The notes: generated by a model from the letters alone, not told the origin. Numbered from the whole stretch's first letter, positions 49,165 through 63,607 are shown. The stretch: 63,607 nucleotides of DNA, filler included, from Octopus bimaculoides (GCF_001194135.2; 10 parts of 10 records of this genome joined end to end with filler, not necessarily neighbours in it), one strand, 5' to 3'. A program made the numbers and translations.

Positions 49165-50979
49165 AGTAGGAGAGTGTAGTGGGTGCTTTTACGTGCCACC
49201 GGCATGACAGCCAGTCAAGCGGTACTGGCAACAGCCACACTCAAACTGGTGTATTTTACGTGCCACCTGCACAGGAGCCAGTGCAGCGGCACTGGCAACG
49301 ATCTTGCTTGAATGTCTTTACAAGTGCCAGGAAGGCAACACTGGGCACAGATGCCATCACCATTTCGCTTTCGCTTGCCTCAACAAGTCTTCGCAAACCG
49401 AGTAACATGTCCAATGAAGGAGACGACATTGGCATAGGTGTAAGTTGTCGAATTTAGTTCGATTTCGATTTCACTTGCCTCAACAGGTCTTCGCAAGCGG
49501 AGTTTAGTGTCCAATGAAGGAAAGGTACACATAAGTGGGCTGGCTACACCCCTGGCAGAGGCCTTGGGTTTAGGTCTCACTTGGCTTGCCGGGTCTTCTC
49601 ACGCACAGCATATTTCCAAAGGTCTTGGTCAGAAGTCATCGCCTCGGTGAGGCCCAATGTTCGAAGGTTGTGCCTCACCACCTCATCNNNNNNNNNNTAC
49701 TAATACTCTGTCTAGTATGCACACTGACATTACACATCCATCGGAGCATACTGGCTTCATTCCTTGCGAGCCTACGCATCTCTTCAGCAGTCATGGCCCA
49801 TGTTTCACTGCCATGAAGCATGGCTGTTCGTACACATGTGTCATACAGTCTGCCTTTTACTCTGAGAGAGAGACCCTTTGTCACCAGCAGAGGTAAGAGC
49901 TCTCTGAACTTGGCCCAGGCTATTCTTATTCTAGCAGCTACACTTTCAACGCACCCTCCCCACTATCAACCACTTCTAGTTTTTCTCCCTGGAATGTGGC
50001 AGAAGTTGTTTTCTGCACATTTACAGTGTTTATAGCTCCTAAACATCTGCTACAAACAAAACTAACTTCCTAGTTAACCTTACTTTGATATTGCTGCACC
50101 TCTTATGTGTCCATAGCTTACACAGGGTGCATCTTATAGAGTTTCTACCTACGCCTTTTCTACAGATCGAGCAGGACCATCTACCTGAAGGAGTTTGTGT
50201 TTTTTCTACCTTCCTACTTATTAGGACTTTGGTTTTAGCTAGGTTGACTCTAAGGCCCTTCGATTCTAGTCCCTGCTTCCACACCTGAAACTTCTCTTCT
50301 ATTTCTGATAGTGACTCAGCAGTTAGTGCAAGGTCATCAGCATAGAGGAGCTCCCAGGGGCATCCTGTCTTAAATTCCTCTGTTATAGCCTGGAGGACTA
50401 TGATAAATAGGAGGCGGCTGAGGACAGAACCCTGGTGGACCCCTACCTCCACCCGGAATTCTTCACTGTACTCATCGACAACCCTCACCTTACTGACAGC
50501 GTCTCTGTACATGGCTCGCACAGCTCTCACTAACCATTCTTCTATCCTTAGTTTCCTCATTGACCACCAGATGAGGGATCGGGGACCCTGTCAAAGGCTT
50601 TCTCCATGTCAAAGAAAGCCAAGTACAGAGGTTTATCTTTGGCTAGGAATTTCTCCTGAAGCTGTCTTACCAGAAATAGAGCATCAGTAGTGCTTTTCCC
50701 AGGTACGAACCCAAACTGCATCTCATCTAAACTGACTCGCTCCCTAAGTAGTTGGGCTATGACCCTCTCCGTGACTTTCATTACCTGATCTAAAAGCTTG
50801 ATACCTCTGTAATTATTTGTATCTAAAGCGTCACCTTTACCTTTGTAGCAGTTTACTATGGTGCTGCTACACCAGTCATTGGGTATGACTCCTTCGTGTA
50901 TGACGTGGTTAACAATACGGGTGACTAGGCTATAGCCGACACTGCCAGATATTTTGAGCATCTCTGCAGTGATTCCTGA
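49165..50979 (-). mobile_element. RTE LINE: RT domain to 3' UTR, with frameshifts
   Basis: NYRGIKLL, QFGFVPGKSTTD, GVHQGSVLS, LLYADDL and RTAMLHGSETW; 3' UTR shared with the other RTE copies. Confidence 0.93.
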
Positions 50980-51079
50980 NNNNNNNNNNNNNNNNNNNNN
51001 NNNNNNNNNNNNNNNNNNNNNNNTTAATTAATTAANNNNNNNNNNNNNNNNNNNNNNNNNNNNNNNNNNNNNNNNNNNN

Positions 51080-51311
51080 TAACTCTCTCGCTCTTTCTTT
51101 CTCTGTCTCTCTCTCTTTCACTTTCGTTCTCTCTCCTCTCTCATTCTCTGTCTCTGTCTCTTTCTCTGTCTCTCTCTCTTTCTCTCTCATTCTCTCTCTC
51201 TCTGATTCTCTCACTCATTCTCTCTCTCTCTCCCTCTCTCCTCTCTTTCTCTGTCTCTGTGTCTCTGTGTCTGTGTCTTTGTCTCTCTATCTCTGTCTGT
51301 CTGTCTGTCTG

Positions 51312-51357
<46 letters not shown>

Positions 51358-51400
51358 ATTCTCTCATTCTCTCTCTCTCTCTCTCTCCCTCTCTCTCGCA
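51080..51400. repeat. (CT)n-rich microsatellite tract
   Basis: Direct reading. Confidence 0.95.
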
Positions 51401-52160
51401 GCGTGATTAATCAGAACAGGAAACACTGTGAGAGCAGAACTGATCTACATAAGGCGTTAACCTAGATTGTTCCAGACGATTCCTTGAACCTAACATCACC
51501 ATTGATTTGGCCAAGGGGTCATGCCTCTGTCAGACAGAAGGTCACACCCAGCTCCTCACGATCTTATAACGCCAAGCTTCATCATTGTATGGCGAAGCAC
51601 GAAGAAGCCATGGAAGGAAGCAGACAAGTAATGACAGGAGAGGAAGTAGGAGTATAGAGATCAAGACGAGGGTGAATAAAAGAAAGGGGGAGGCAGAAAA
51701 GGAGAGGGGTTCGTTGAAAAGCGCAGTTTTTCTTTCAATCAATGCCCTGACATTTTTAATATATTCCAAGAATATATTAGTTTTTGTAAATATAACTGTT
51801 GTTTTGGCGTTGTTGTTGTTGTTGGTTAGACCTTGGTCAGTGCTGATTATAATGACAGAACTATGATTGGAGATATCTCGAGCTTGACCACGCTATTATT
51901 ATTATGAAGCATTCTTGGACAAAATTACCCAAGCCACGTCATGTTTTGTTTTTTTGGTTTTTTGGTTTTTATTTGTATTTACTTATATATAAGTTTATTT
52001 CAATTTTCAAGATCGTGTTGCATGATTTGAGGATGATTTTGCTGCAATTTCTAGCAACTTCACGTTGTTTCTGTGACGCAATCTCACTCACTCCTCCATA
52101 TCACAGACAGACAGACAGACAGACCGACAGACCGACAGACAGACAGACAAACAGACAGAC

Positions 52161-52214
<54 letters not shown>

Positions 52215-52653
52215 ATAGATAAGCAAGCAGATAGACTGAGAATGAATTCTGATCGTCGTAAACTTTAGTTAAAGTACACAACATTAAAAATATCTTAGAT
52301 ATACACCCTTAATGATTTCCTTATAACAAGGCCAGATGTTAGAAATTTTATTTCTTAAATTAGAACGGAAATTGCCTTCATCATTACGAAGACAACACAA
52401 TCTTGATCAACATTGTGCTCTGTAATAGATTTCGAAGGAAATAGTCAAACACTTCTCATTTAGTGCACACTTATTCGTGAATATGTAACAGTTATTTAAG
52501 AGATTGCTGCCCAGGGAATATATATATATAAGCACAGGCGTGACTGAGTAGAAAGGAGCTTGCTTTTCAACCACTGGGTTCGGGATTCAGTCTCACTGCG
52601 TCGCACCTTGGGGCAAGCGAAGACTTGTGAGTTGATTTGGTAGACGGAAACTG

Positions 52654-52692
<39 letters not shown>

Positions 52693-54059
52693 GGGGCAAA
52701 AATAAACACACACGCACACAAATACTACTACAAACACACACATACACACACACACACACTCACACACATTCACACACGCACAAACTAGCCATTTTTGCAC
52801 TCTCTTGTCTCTCCAAAATACTTTTTTCTATCTCTCTGCACTTCCGGTCACTGCAGCCATGTAACAACACGNNNNNNNNNNNNNNNNNNNNNNNNNNNNN
52901 NNNNNNNNNNNNNNNNNNNNNNNNNNNNNNNNNNNNNNNNNNNNNNNNNNNNNNNNNNNNNNNNNNNNNNNNNNNNNNNNNNNNNNNNNNNNNNNNNNNN
53001 NNNNNNNNNNNNNNNNNNNNNNNNNNNNNNNNNNNNNNNNNNNNNNNNNNNNNNNNNNNNNNNNNNNNNNNNNNNNNNNNNNNNNNNNNNNNNNNNNNNN
53101 NNNNNNNNNNNNNNNNNNNNNNNNNNNNNNNNNNNNNNNNNNNNNNNNNNNNNNNNNNNNNNNNNNNNNNNNNNNNNNNNNNNNNNNNNNNNNNNNNNNN
53201 NNNNNNNNNNNNNNNNNNNNNNNNACACCCTTCGGTCATGAATGACAATGGGATTGAACCTAAAAAGTTATTGTCCGAGTTCTTAAAGAGTAACTTTCAA
53301 GTTATATGTCCGAACAAGCTTGTTTATGGAAGACCAGAAGTCGTCCATGCATACCAGCCTCTCCTCTCCACGCCACGCCACCGATGTTGTCCAAGGGAAA
53401 GGCAAAGGGGCCGATACAGCTTGGCGCCAGTGACGTCACAACTCATTTCCACAACTGATTGAACTGGAGCAACGTGAAAGAAAGTGTCTTGCTCAAGAAG
53501 ACAACACACAGCCCGGTTCCGGAATTGAATTCACTACCTCATGACTGTAAGCCATGCGCCCTCACATGTTATAATGCTTAAAAATATCTTTATATAGGCC
53601 ATTTGGTTTGATAGAATTCTAAACTGGAACGAAAAAAAATGCCTTGCGTTATTTCGTTCACGGCTTTTACGCACATAAATCACGTGCCATCCAGTTCACC
53701 TTTAATCCCAATTTCATCGTGCCAGACTCAATAATATGAGAACCAGTCATGTAATGGGGTCGATAATATCGGTGCTATCGATTAACGATCTCACACGAAA
53801 TTGCTTGCCTTGTGCTTGTATCAGAAGCAATTTTGCATCGGAATATACAGCGTGTGCCTCTTAAATCTTTATTAAATTTTTAATATGTTCATTGTATAAC
53901 GTTCTTACATCGTCCCTTGTTCTCTTTATTCATAATTTCGTTGCATCCACCACCCAAGCCACATGTTCTAACCTCCATTTTTTAACGTTTTCTTTTCTAC
54001 GAATGAACCCTTATAATAGATAGAAAAACAGACTATCACTATTATCATTATTATTATTA

Positions 54060-54124
<65 letters not shown>

Positions 54125-55773
54125 TTAATATTCTTCTAAGTATTACATTTTTTTTTCTTCTTCATAAAAGCGATATTGATTACCAATCTTCGATTTGCAC
54201 CGAAAAACAACGGTCCATAAAGAGCATAAACATATAGCTGCGCATTCAAAATATATTATTAGAATTTTAAATATACATATATGTATGTATGTGTATATAT
54301 ATATATATATATATATANNNNNNNNNNNNNNNNNNNNNNNNNNNNNNNNNNNNNNNNNNNNNNNNNNNNNNNNNNNNNNNNNNNNNNNNNNNNNNNNNNN
54401 NNNNNNNNNNNNNNNNNNNNNNNNNNNNNNNNNNNNNNNNNNNNNNNNNNNNNNNNNNNNNNNNNNNNNNNNNNNNNNNNNNNNNNNNNNNNNNNNNNNN
54501 NNNNNNNNNNNNNNNNNNNNNNNNNNNNNNNNNNNNNNNNNNNNNNNNNNNNNNNNNNNNNNNNNNNNNNNNNNNNNNNNNNNNNNNNNNNNNNNNNNNN
54601 NNNNNNNNNNNNNNNNNNNNNNNNNNNNNNNNNNNNNNNNNNNNNNNNNNNNNNNNNNNNNNNNNNNNNNNNNNNNNNNNNNNNNNNNNNNNNNNNNNNN
54701 NNNNNNNNNNNNNNNNNNNNNNNNNNNNNNNNNNNNNNNNNNNNNNNNNNNNNNNNNNNNNNNNNNNNNNNNNNNNNNNNNNNNNNNNNNNNNNNNNNNN
54801 NNNNNNNNNNNNNNNNNNNNNNNNNNNNNNNNNNNNNNNNNNNNNNNNNNNNNNNNNNNNNNNNNNNNNNNNNNNNNNNNNNNNNNNNNNNNNNNNNNNN
54901 NNNNNNNNNNNNNNNNNNNNNNNNNNNNNNNNNNNNNNNNNNNNNNNNNNNNNNNNNNNNNNNNNNNNNNNNNNNNNNNNNNNNNNNNNNNNNNNNNNNN
55001 NNNNNNNNNNNNNNNNNNNNNNNNNNNNNNNNNNNNNNNNNNNNNNNNNNNNNNNNNNNNNNNNNNNNNNNNNNNNNNNNNNNNNNNNNNNNNNNNNNNN
55101 NATATATATATATATATATATATATAAATATATATACATACATATATATGAGTGTGTGTGTATATTATATATGTATATATGTATATATTATAAATACACA
55201 TGCATATACGTCTATGTACATACATACATACATATATATGTGTGTTTGTGTGTGTGTGTGTGAGTGTGTATGAGTGTGTGTGAGTGTGTATGAGTGTGTG
55301 TGAGTGTGTGTGTATACATATACGTCTATGTACATACATACATACATACATACATATGTGTGTTTGTGTGTGTGTGTGTGAGTGTGTGTGTATGTGTGTG
55401 TGCGTAAACCTGAAATATTAACAAAATAATATGAAACACTTTTTACAATGTTTCTTCACAATTAATTTTAAGAGGAAAGCCGAGCAATATTGAATAAAAT
55501 AGCTATAAAATATATTCAATTGAGAAGAAGAAAAAACTAATGGCGGCCGTTGATTTTTCAGACATGTTTCGTTTTTATGTTTAGAGTTTAGAAAATATCG
55601 CAAAGCATGTTGGGAAATATTTACAATTGCACTGAGTGCAAATACGAATACATGATTTCTATTTTTATTTATGTTTTCGATTCATTTCTAACAAATTGCC
55701 CTTAATTGAAACGAAATATTCTCAATTGCGTTCACGTAATTACGCCTCCCTGTTTCACTAACTCCCATCCTTC

Positions 55774-55833
<60 letters not shown>

Positions 55834-58322
55834 NNNNNNNNNNNNNNNNNNNNNNNNNNNNNNNNNNNNNNNNNNNNTTAATTAATTAANNNNNNNNNNN
55901 NNNNNNNNNNNNNNNNNNNNNNNNNNNNNNNNNATAATAATAATAATAATAACGGTTTCAAATTTTTGTACAAGGCCAGCAATTTCGGGGGAGGCTTTGG
56001 TCGATTACCTTGACCCAGTGCTCAGCTGGTACTTGTTTTATCGACCTCGAAAGGGAGAAAGGCAAAGTCGACCTCAGCAGAATTTGAACTCAAAATGTAT
56101 AGATGGACAAAATGCTGTTAGGCATTTTGACAGGCGTCTTAACGATTCTGCTCGCTCGAATCATTTACCGCTGGTATTTAATTTCCTGTCAGGGAACATA
56201 ATCCGAAATTTCAACCAGCCTAGACCTGATTCAGTGCATTGTTACTAGATCTTTTAAAAGCAGTTATTTATTAATCTTATAAGTTGATAGCTTTAGATAG
56301 AAGTGAGCAGCTATAATTGTCCCTCAAAAGTGAAAGCCTACTGGTATTGTTTCAATTTCTTCTAGTACGTCAACTGCCAAATCTTTTTATAACAACAGAG
56401 TTGAAATAATATATAAAGCCAACAACGAGAACAAATAAGTGAAAATGAACTTCAAAATACAATCACTGTAATGGCAATTTCATGAAAGAAAGAAAGACAG
56501 AAAAAAAGAACCGGCTTGATTTGTTTCCATTGTTTTAATGTTGGGCACTAAATACATAAAACCTAAATTTAGTGCACAAGTGAAGGCCAGTCATGTATTC
56601 TGCAGCGATAAAAATCTCCTACTCTTTAGTAGTATCTTGTATTTATATAGCGACTTGTCATGACTTGATATATTTTGTATAATTTTTATAGTGAATACCT
56701 GCTTGTAAAAGTACCGGGAACAGTTATGGTTCGAGGTGGTCTTTGCTACTTCAGATAAAGCTGTCATCTTGTAATTCTTTGTGATTTACTAATAGTAAAC
56801 GTTGTTACGATCAACTTATGAAGAATACTGATTTCCATTTCTCCTTTTTCTTTTTCCCTTTTTGTTTACTTTCACATGTAAGAGACTCTCGGGATATATT
56901 TTATCGTCATATTAAATCTGGGCGTTGTGAACGATTGAAATGCAAGTATAATTAGAAGAAATTAAAAGAGGTTCTAAAGAAAAAGAAAAAAGGAATGCAC
57001 AATAGCAATAACAACTATTTCAAATGCTGGCACAAGGCCAACAATTTTAGGGAGAAGGAATTAGTCATTACATCGACCCCCAGTACTTAATCGGAATTTA
57101 TTTTGTCGAGTCTGAAAGGACGAAACTCAAAATTCGCCTTGGCGGAATTTGAACTCAGAACGTAGTGTGTCTGAAGAAATACTGCAAGGCATTTTGTTCG
57201 ATGTTCTAACCCTATTTTCCAGCTCACCACAGTAACAAAAATAATAATCCTTTCTACTATTGGTACAAGGCCTGAAATTTGGGTGAGAGGTATAGTCGAT
57301 TACATCGACCCCAGTGTTTCAATGGTATTTAATTTATCGAGCCCGAAAGGATGAAAAGCAAAGTCAACCTCGGCGGAATGTGAACTCAGAACGTAGCGAC
57401 GGACGAAATACCGCTAAGCATTTTGTCCAGCGTGCTAACGATTCTGNNNNNNNNNNNNNNNNNNNNNNNNNNNNNNNNNNNNNNNNNNNNTTAATTAATT
57501 AANNNNNNNNNNNNNNNNNNNNNNNNNNNNNNNNNNNNNNNNNNNNATATATATATATATAGGGAGAGAGTTTAAGTGAGAGAAAGGGAGAGCGAGAGAG
57601 AGTGAGTGTTTGTGTGCGTGTGTGAGAGAGAGTTCAGATAAAATTGCGTCTAACGACGTAATGTAGTTGGCAAATACAATAAGTGCTCTGTTTGGCATAT
57701 CATTAAAACTGCAACTAGGTCGTGTTGTAAGTGTCTAGCAATGAATGGCTATAAGTGGGCTATCATTGAGCGGGCAGATATATTCTAGAAAAAATGAACA
57801 GGCTAAACGCGAGGTATCACTTTAGAACATGGAATATATAATTCAAACGTAATTGTAGAGATTTTACGAGTGAAATGGTGAAGTGCAAGGTATCACATAC
57901 GTAAGGGAGTAAGACGTTGCGTATAACCTATATAGATCTTATAAGCGTGGCTTAGTGGTTAGGGTATTCGACTTACGATCGTAAAGTCATGAGTTCACTT
58001 CAAGAGGACGCGTTGTGTCCTTGAGCAAGACACTTTATTTCACGCTGCTCCAGTCCACTCCGCTGGCAAGAATAATTAGTACTTCTATTTCAAAGGGCCA
58101 GCCTTGTCATGCTCTCTGTCTCCCCGAGAACTACGTTAAGGGTACATGTGTTTGTGGAGTGCTCAGACACATGCACGATAATTTCATGAGCAGGCTGTTC
58201 CGTTGATCAGATCGACGGGAAACCTCGTGGTCATAACCGACAGAGTGCCAGTACTAATATATATATATATGTATATACATATATATCTATATCTATATCT
58301 ATATTTCTCTCTCTCTCTCTCA

Positions 58323-58372
<50 letters not shown>

Positions 58373-59142
58373 GTGATATTCGTAGCCATTTTAGAATTAA
58401 CATTTTTGCTANNNNNNNNNNNNNNNNNNNNNNNNNNNNNNNNNNNNNNNNNNNNNNNNNNNNNNNNNNNNNNNNNNNNNNNNNNNNNNNNNNNNNNNNN
58501 NNNNNNNNNNNNNNNNNNNNNNNNNNNNNNNNNNNNNNNNNNNNNNNNNNNNNNNNNNNNNNNNNNNNNNNNNNNNNNNNNNNNNNNNNNNNNNNNNNNN
58601 NNNNNNNNNNNNNNNNNNNNNNNNNNNNNNNNNNNNNNNNNNNNNNNNNNNNNNNNNNNNNNNNNNNNNNNNNNNNNNNNNNNNNNNNNNNNNNNNNNNN
58701 NNNNNNNNNNNNNNNNNNNNNNNNNNNNNNNNNNNNNNNNNNNNNNNNNNNNNNNNNNNNNNNNNNNNNNNNNNNNNNNNNNNNNNNNNNNNNNNNNNNN
58801 NNNNNNNNNNNNNNNNNNNNNNNNNNNNNNNNNNNNNNNNNNNNNNNNNNNNNNNNNNNNNNNNNNNNNNNNNNNNNNNNNNNNNNNNNNNNNNNNNNNN
58901 NNNNNNNNNNNNNNNNNNNNNNNNNNNNNNNNNNNNNNNNNNNNNNNNNNNNNNNNNNNNNNNNNNNNNNNNNNNNNNNNNNNNNNNNNNNNNNNNNNNN
59001 NNNNNNNNNNNNNNNNNNNNNNNNNNNNNNNNNNNNNNNNNNNNNNNNNNNNNNNNNNNNNNNNNNNNNNNNNNNNNNNTATATATATATATATATAAAC
59101 ATATATGCGCGCGATGTGTGTGCACATACATACATACAGACA

Positions 59143-59175
<33 letters not shown>

Positions 59176-59623
59176 CACACACACATACACACACACACAA
59201 AAGCATTCCGGATCAATTCCAAGAAAAGGAACATATGTTTGATTGCCAAGTTTTAATTCACAGGCATAATACATTGAGTAGCTGTTATTCTACATTTGCT
59301 TGTCTTTTCTATTGTCTCCACGATATGCTACATGCTTACCATGCTTTCAACTGCTGCTACAATGGGTAATGTTCCTGTGAATTAGGCAGTTATGTTGCAC
59401 CATGTACATTAAGTCACCTTTTATCTAAAAGTACATAAATCGATAGACAGACAAGTGGACAGAGGTTTAGAGACTGTAGTTTGTAGGGAAATATATAGAT
59501 GGAAAATAGATTGAGAGACAGATAGATTGATAAAGAGACAGGCATTCTGATAGATATACGCATATAGGTAGACAGAGATGGATAGATAGACAGAGAGAGA
59601 CAAAGAGAAGGAAAGAGAGAGAG

Positions 59624-59687
<64 letters not shown>

Positions 59688-60022
59688 GTTGATATAAAAT
59701 ATTACTCTATAAGGACATGCGTTGATAGATGTATGTATACATGAAGACAGAGATGGATAAAAAGATACATAGATAAATAGAGATAGAAAGAGAGTAAGAA
59801 AGAGAAAGACTATTATAGAATATTACACGATAAACACGTACGTATACATGTATGTATGAATGTATGCATGTATGTAGGAATGTATGTATGTATGAATGTA
59901 TGCATGCATGCATGCATCTGCTGTCTAATGTAACTGTTTACGTTCTTCCTTTCCTATGTCTATCTATTTCTATATGTGTTTATGCATATATATATATATG
60001 CGCTGCGCATGTATGAGTCCCT

Positions 60023-60081
<59 letters not shown>

Positions 60082-60282
60082 GTGCATATATATGTCTTTA
60101 TATGTGCATGTGCATGTTTCTGTTTGTACTTGTGAGCGCACATATGTATCTGCGCACGCGTCCACGCATGTGTCGTTATCTCCGTGCATCATTATAGCTT
60201 TTATTCACTAATTTTTGTATGTTTCCCCATGTACCCCTGTGTAGCTGGTTGCGTATTCAACGAATGATGCACATATCTCTAG

Positions 60283-60328
<46 letters not shown>

Positions 60329-60821
60329 GCACAAACATACTTACATAGATACGCACATACATATATGTAGCTTTATATGCGTGTGAGTGTGGGCGAGTCG
60401 TACATTTTGGCTGGATTTACGGCCTTCACGGCTCATTAGGCGCTAGTAATGGTTCCAGTAGAAAACCACCACCAGCCGTTATCACCACTACTCTTTCAGC
60501 AGGCACTGTGTGTATCGCACATGCAGATGTCCACGGAAGCCATGCAGTTTAGCCATATTTTCCACTCATCCTTCCTTCCAAACCCACACTTTGCTAAAGT
60601 AAGCAGCCATTTTGAAATACTTCATAATCGCCTTTTTATAGTTAATCTTCAATCATCTCGTCACACTTATTTACACACGCTCGCACGCACATACACACAA
60701 ACACCACACACACACACACATACACACACACACAAAACACATAACACGCACATACACTTAATTGTAGACATTAAGACACATATCCAGGCATACATGCATG
60801 TAGAAATATCCCCATACAGTG

Positions 60822-60876
<55 letters not shown>

Positions 60877-60989
60877 TCATCTGTCTGANNNNNNNNNNNN
60901 NNNNNNNNNNNNNNNNNNNNNNNNNNNNNNNNTTAATTAATTAANNNNNNNNNNNNNNNNNNNNNNNNNNNNNNNNNNNNNNNNNNNNA

Positions 60990-62348
60990 TATCAACGAAA
61001 GCCAGGTACAGAGGTTTATCCTTGGCTAGGTATTTCTCCTGAAGCTGTCTTACCAGAAATATAGCATCAGTAGTGCTTTTCCCAGGCACAAAACCAAACT
61101 GCATCTCATGTAAACTGACTCGCTCCCTAAGCAGTTGAGCTATGACCCTCTCCATGACTTTCATTACCTGATCTAAAAGCTTGATACCTCTGTAATTATT
61201 TGTATCTAAAGCGTCACCTTTACCTTTGTAGCAGTTGACTATGGTGCTGCTACACCAGTCATTGGGTATGACTCCTTCGTGTATCACCTGGTTCGTAATA
61301 TGGGTGACTAAGCTATAGACGACACTGCCAGATATTTTGAGCACCTCTGCAGTGATTCCTGATGGGCCGGGGGCTTTCCCTGTCTTCATACTCTTAATTG
61401 CTTTATCTACCATGGTACTGTCAACTCGGATAGCTGGTCCCTCTGTTGGGTCGACATACGGCAGACTCTCTTTTTCCCATTCATTCTCTTTATTAAGCAA
61501 TCTATCGTAGTGGCATCTCCAGACCTCTTTCTTTGCAGCCTCATTTAGTGCAAGCATACCATCATCCATGCAAACACACTTCTCTCCTACAACATCACTA
61601 TTCTCTCTCCTACACTGTCTTATAACACGAAATACCTCAAGTCTTTGGTCCTCATGGCGCAGAACATTGGCAAATCTTTTCTTATCTACTTCCCCTCTGG
61701 CTAAATAAACCTGTCGCCTAGCTTCCCTTCTGGCAGATTGGTACAATTCCCTGCTACCACCGTTCTTCCAGTCGTTCCAAGCCTGTTTCTTTTGTCTAAT
61801 AGCCCTGTCTACCTCCTTGTTCCACCACCACGTTATTTTGGGTCGAGAAGGGACCTTGCACCAACCACAGATCTCGTCGGTGGCCCTCAGCAGATTGTCC
61901 CATAGAAACGTCCAGTTGTCCTCTACATTGTGTGAAGCTACATCCCCCTTTTTTTCGTCGAAGGCTTTGAGTAATAAGTCTCTAAATCTCTGTCCATTCG
62001 CAGGATCTTTGAGCTTCCATACCCTTCTCCTCCAAGCTGGTTGTCTTCTGGGCAGCCACTTAGCTCTGATCCTGAATTCACTAACTACTAGTCTATGTTG
62101 TGGGGTACATTCTTTGCCTGGGAATGTTTTGGCATTTCTAAGCAGCCATCTTTCCCTTTTCCTGGCGAGGATGTAATCAATTTGGCTAGTGTGCCTGCCA
62201 GAACGGTAGGTGACTGGCAGGTTTCCTGAAGTTAGTATTGCAGACCATAAGGTCATTTGCATCACAGAACTCCAGCAGCCTGGTTCCCTCCTCATTGCGG
62301 GAACCAAAACCATAGCCTCCATGTATGCCATAGAAGCCCCCTGAATGT
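60990..62348 (-). mobile_element. Young RTE LINE ORF fragment (APE endonuclease C-terminus to RT N-terminus)
   Basis: GGYGFGSRNEEG (frameshift ~62220), then ~410 open codons with TYRSG..SQIDYIL, QHRLVV, GKAPGPSG, NYRGIKLL, QFGFVPGKSTTDAIF and LAFVD; both ends run into linkers. Confidence 0.95.
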
Positions 62349-62448
62349 NNNNNNNNNNNNNNNNNNNNNNNNNNNNNNNNNNNNNNNNNNNNTTAATTAA
62401 TTAANNNNNNNNNNNNNNNNNNNNNNNNNNNNNNNNNNNNNNNNNNNN

Positions 62449-62790
62449 CATAGGTGCCCTGGGAATGACAGCGAAACGGGCTGATTACTACCTAGCTCAG
62501 AAACCAGGAAACCCCAAAATGGCTGAAGTTCAAAAGATAGTGCTCATGGGAACTGCCCATATCCTACGTAAAATACTGTCTATGTGATCTCAAATTTTAA
62601 AGCAAACACATAATTTTCTTATGGTTTCTTAAACATTCACTAGAACAAAACTGTACAAATCCAAATATATGGTACCCTAGGCATAACACCTACATGAACT
62701 TCTAACTTGTTGTCTCTTGAGGTCTCTGGGTGAGACTTGGATCCAACTTGTACAAATGCAAAACAAAAGTCAAACATAAAATAATAATAA
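62449..62790 (+). mobile_element. R4/Dong-type LINE 3' end with UTR and short (TAA)n tail
   Basis: IGALGMTAKRADYYLAQKPGNPKMAEVQKIVLMGTAHILRKILSM* followed by the UTR. Confidence 0.85.
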
Positions 62791-63607
62791 TTCTTTCTAC
62801 TTTAGGCAGTAGGCCTGAAATTTAGGGGAAAGGGTAAGTCAATTATACCGACCTCAACACTTGACTGCTACTTAATTTATCGATCCCAAAATAAAGAAAA
62901 GGCAAAGTTGACCTCGGCGGAATGTGAACTCAGAACGTCAAGGTGTATGAAATAGCACGAAGCATTTCGGCCGGTGCGCTAACGATTCTGCCAGCTCAAG
63001 AATAATTCTTCCTAATCTAATATAGAAAGGAAGGCCCGAAATTTGGTGGGGTGGGGTGGAACGGGGTAGTTGATTATATCGACGCTCGTGTTCAACTGGT
63101 GCTTGTTTTACCGATTTCGAAAGGGTTAAAGGCAAAGCCCAACATCGGTGGAATTTGAACTTAGAACGTAACGAGGTCAGTGACATTTCGCCCGGCGTGC
63201 AAACCATTCTCCCACTTCACAAAAGGCTTTGAGATTGCGATGGAGAAATGCAGGATAACGATGCGAAAATATGGTAAGCAATTCTGTTATTGGACCACCA
63301 CGATCGTAAGTTATTCTACAGATGAAAGGACAGCCTTGGAAAATTGCCAATCGTTGAAGTCCAGCAAGAAGAATGACGCTCCTGGTGGCCTTCCATATTA
63401 CATTATTCAGTACATTATTCATGAAAGACAGAAATGAAAGGCCTTTATCCAAGTTTTATCTGTTTAAAATCTCACTGAATTCACAGGTAAACTGGGCTGT
63501 GTGTTCTCTTAGCTATGCTCATATGGTTAGTAATACTAATAGTAGTAGTAGTAGCATAAGCAGAAACTGCGTGGAGACCCGTCATGTTTACATACACACC
63601 CATATAT

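Noticed and set aside
66-60940. Many long ORFs made of CVCV, HTHT, YIYI, MYVC, poly-L/Y/C/S or X runs
   Set aside because: They are translations of microsatellites and N gaps with no coding evidence.
14261-62404. Nine regularly flanked TTAATTAATTAA palindromes
   Set aside because: Each sits exactly between two 44-N runs and has stops in all six frames. This is a synthetic scaffolding linker, not biology, and neighbourhoods across these points should not be trusted.
63177-63452. Overlapping 85-aa (+) and 91-aa (-) ORFs with GTAAG/TACAG splice-like sites
   Set aside because: Both start or end in SINE sequence, the implied 48-nt intron is very short, and no motif is recognised.

Overview
This is an AT-rich, repeat-dominated eukaryotic window. 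The SINE, RTE and microsatellite landscape looks like an octopus or other cephalopod genome; this is inference from remembered repeat families, not a database search. No intact host protein-coding gene can be supported, and most ORFs in the track are microsatellite or gap artefacts. Nine synthetic 44N-TTAATTAATTAA-44N linkers split the window, so adjacency across them is unproven. Recognisable content includes RTE LINE pieces, decayed R4/Dong-type LINEs, DD37D (maT), DD34D (mariner) and Merlin transposase relics, piggyBac-, hAT- and Tc1-type MITEs, and three tRNA-derived SINE families. Two things stand out. (1) About nine minimal type I hammerhead-ribozyme motifs occur in several unrelated Penelope-like or foldback elements. 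Most have palindromic stem III, and several have a non-canonical mismatch at the base of stem II. Two lie in the arms of a 1-kb inverted repeat. (2) A ~1.9-kb retroelement encodes only an ORF1/gag-like zinc-knuckle protein. It lies head-to-tail with the 3' end of a diverged relative that also goes straight from ORF1 to a conserved 3' UTR, suggesting a genuine ORF1-only (HAL1-like) family.
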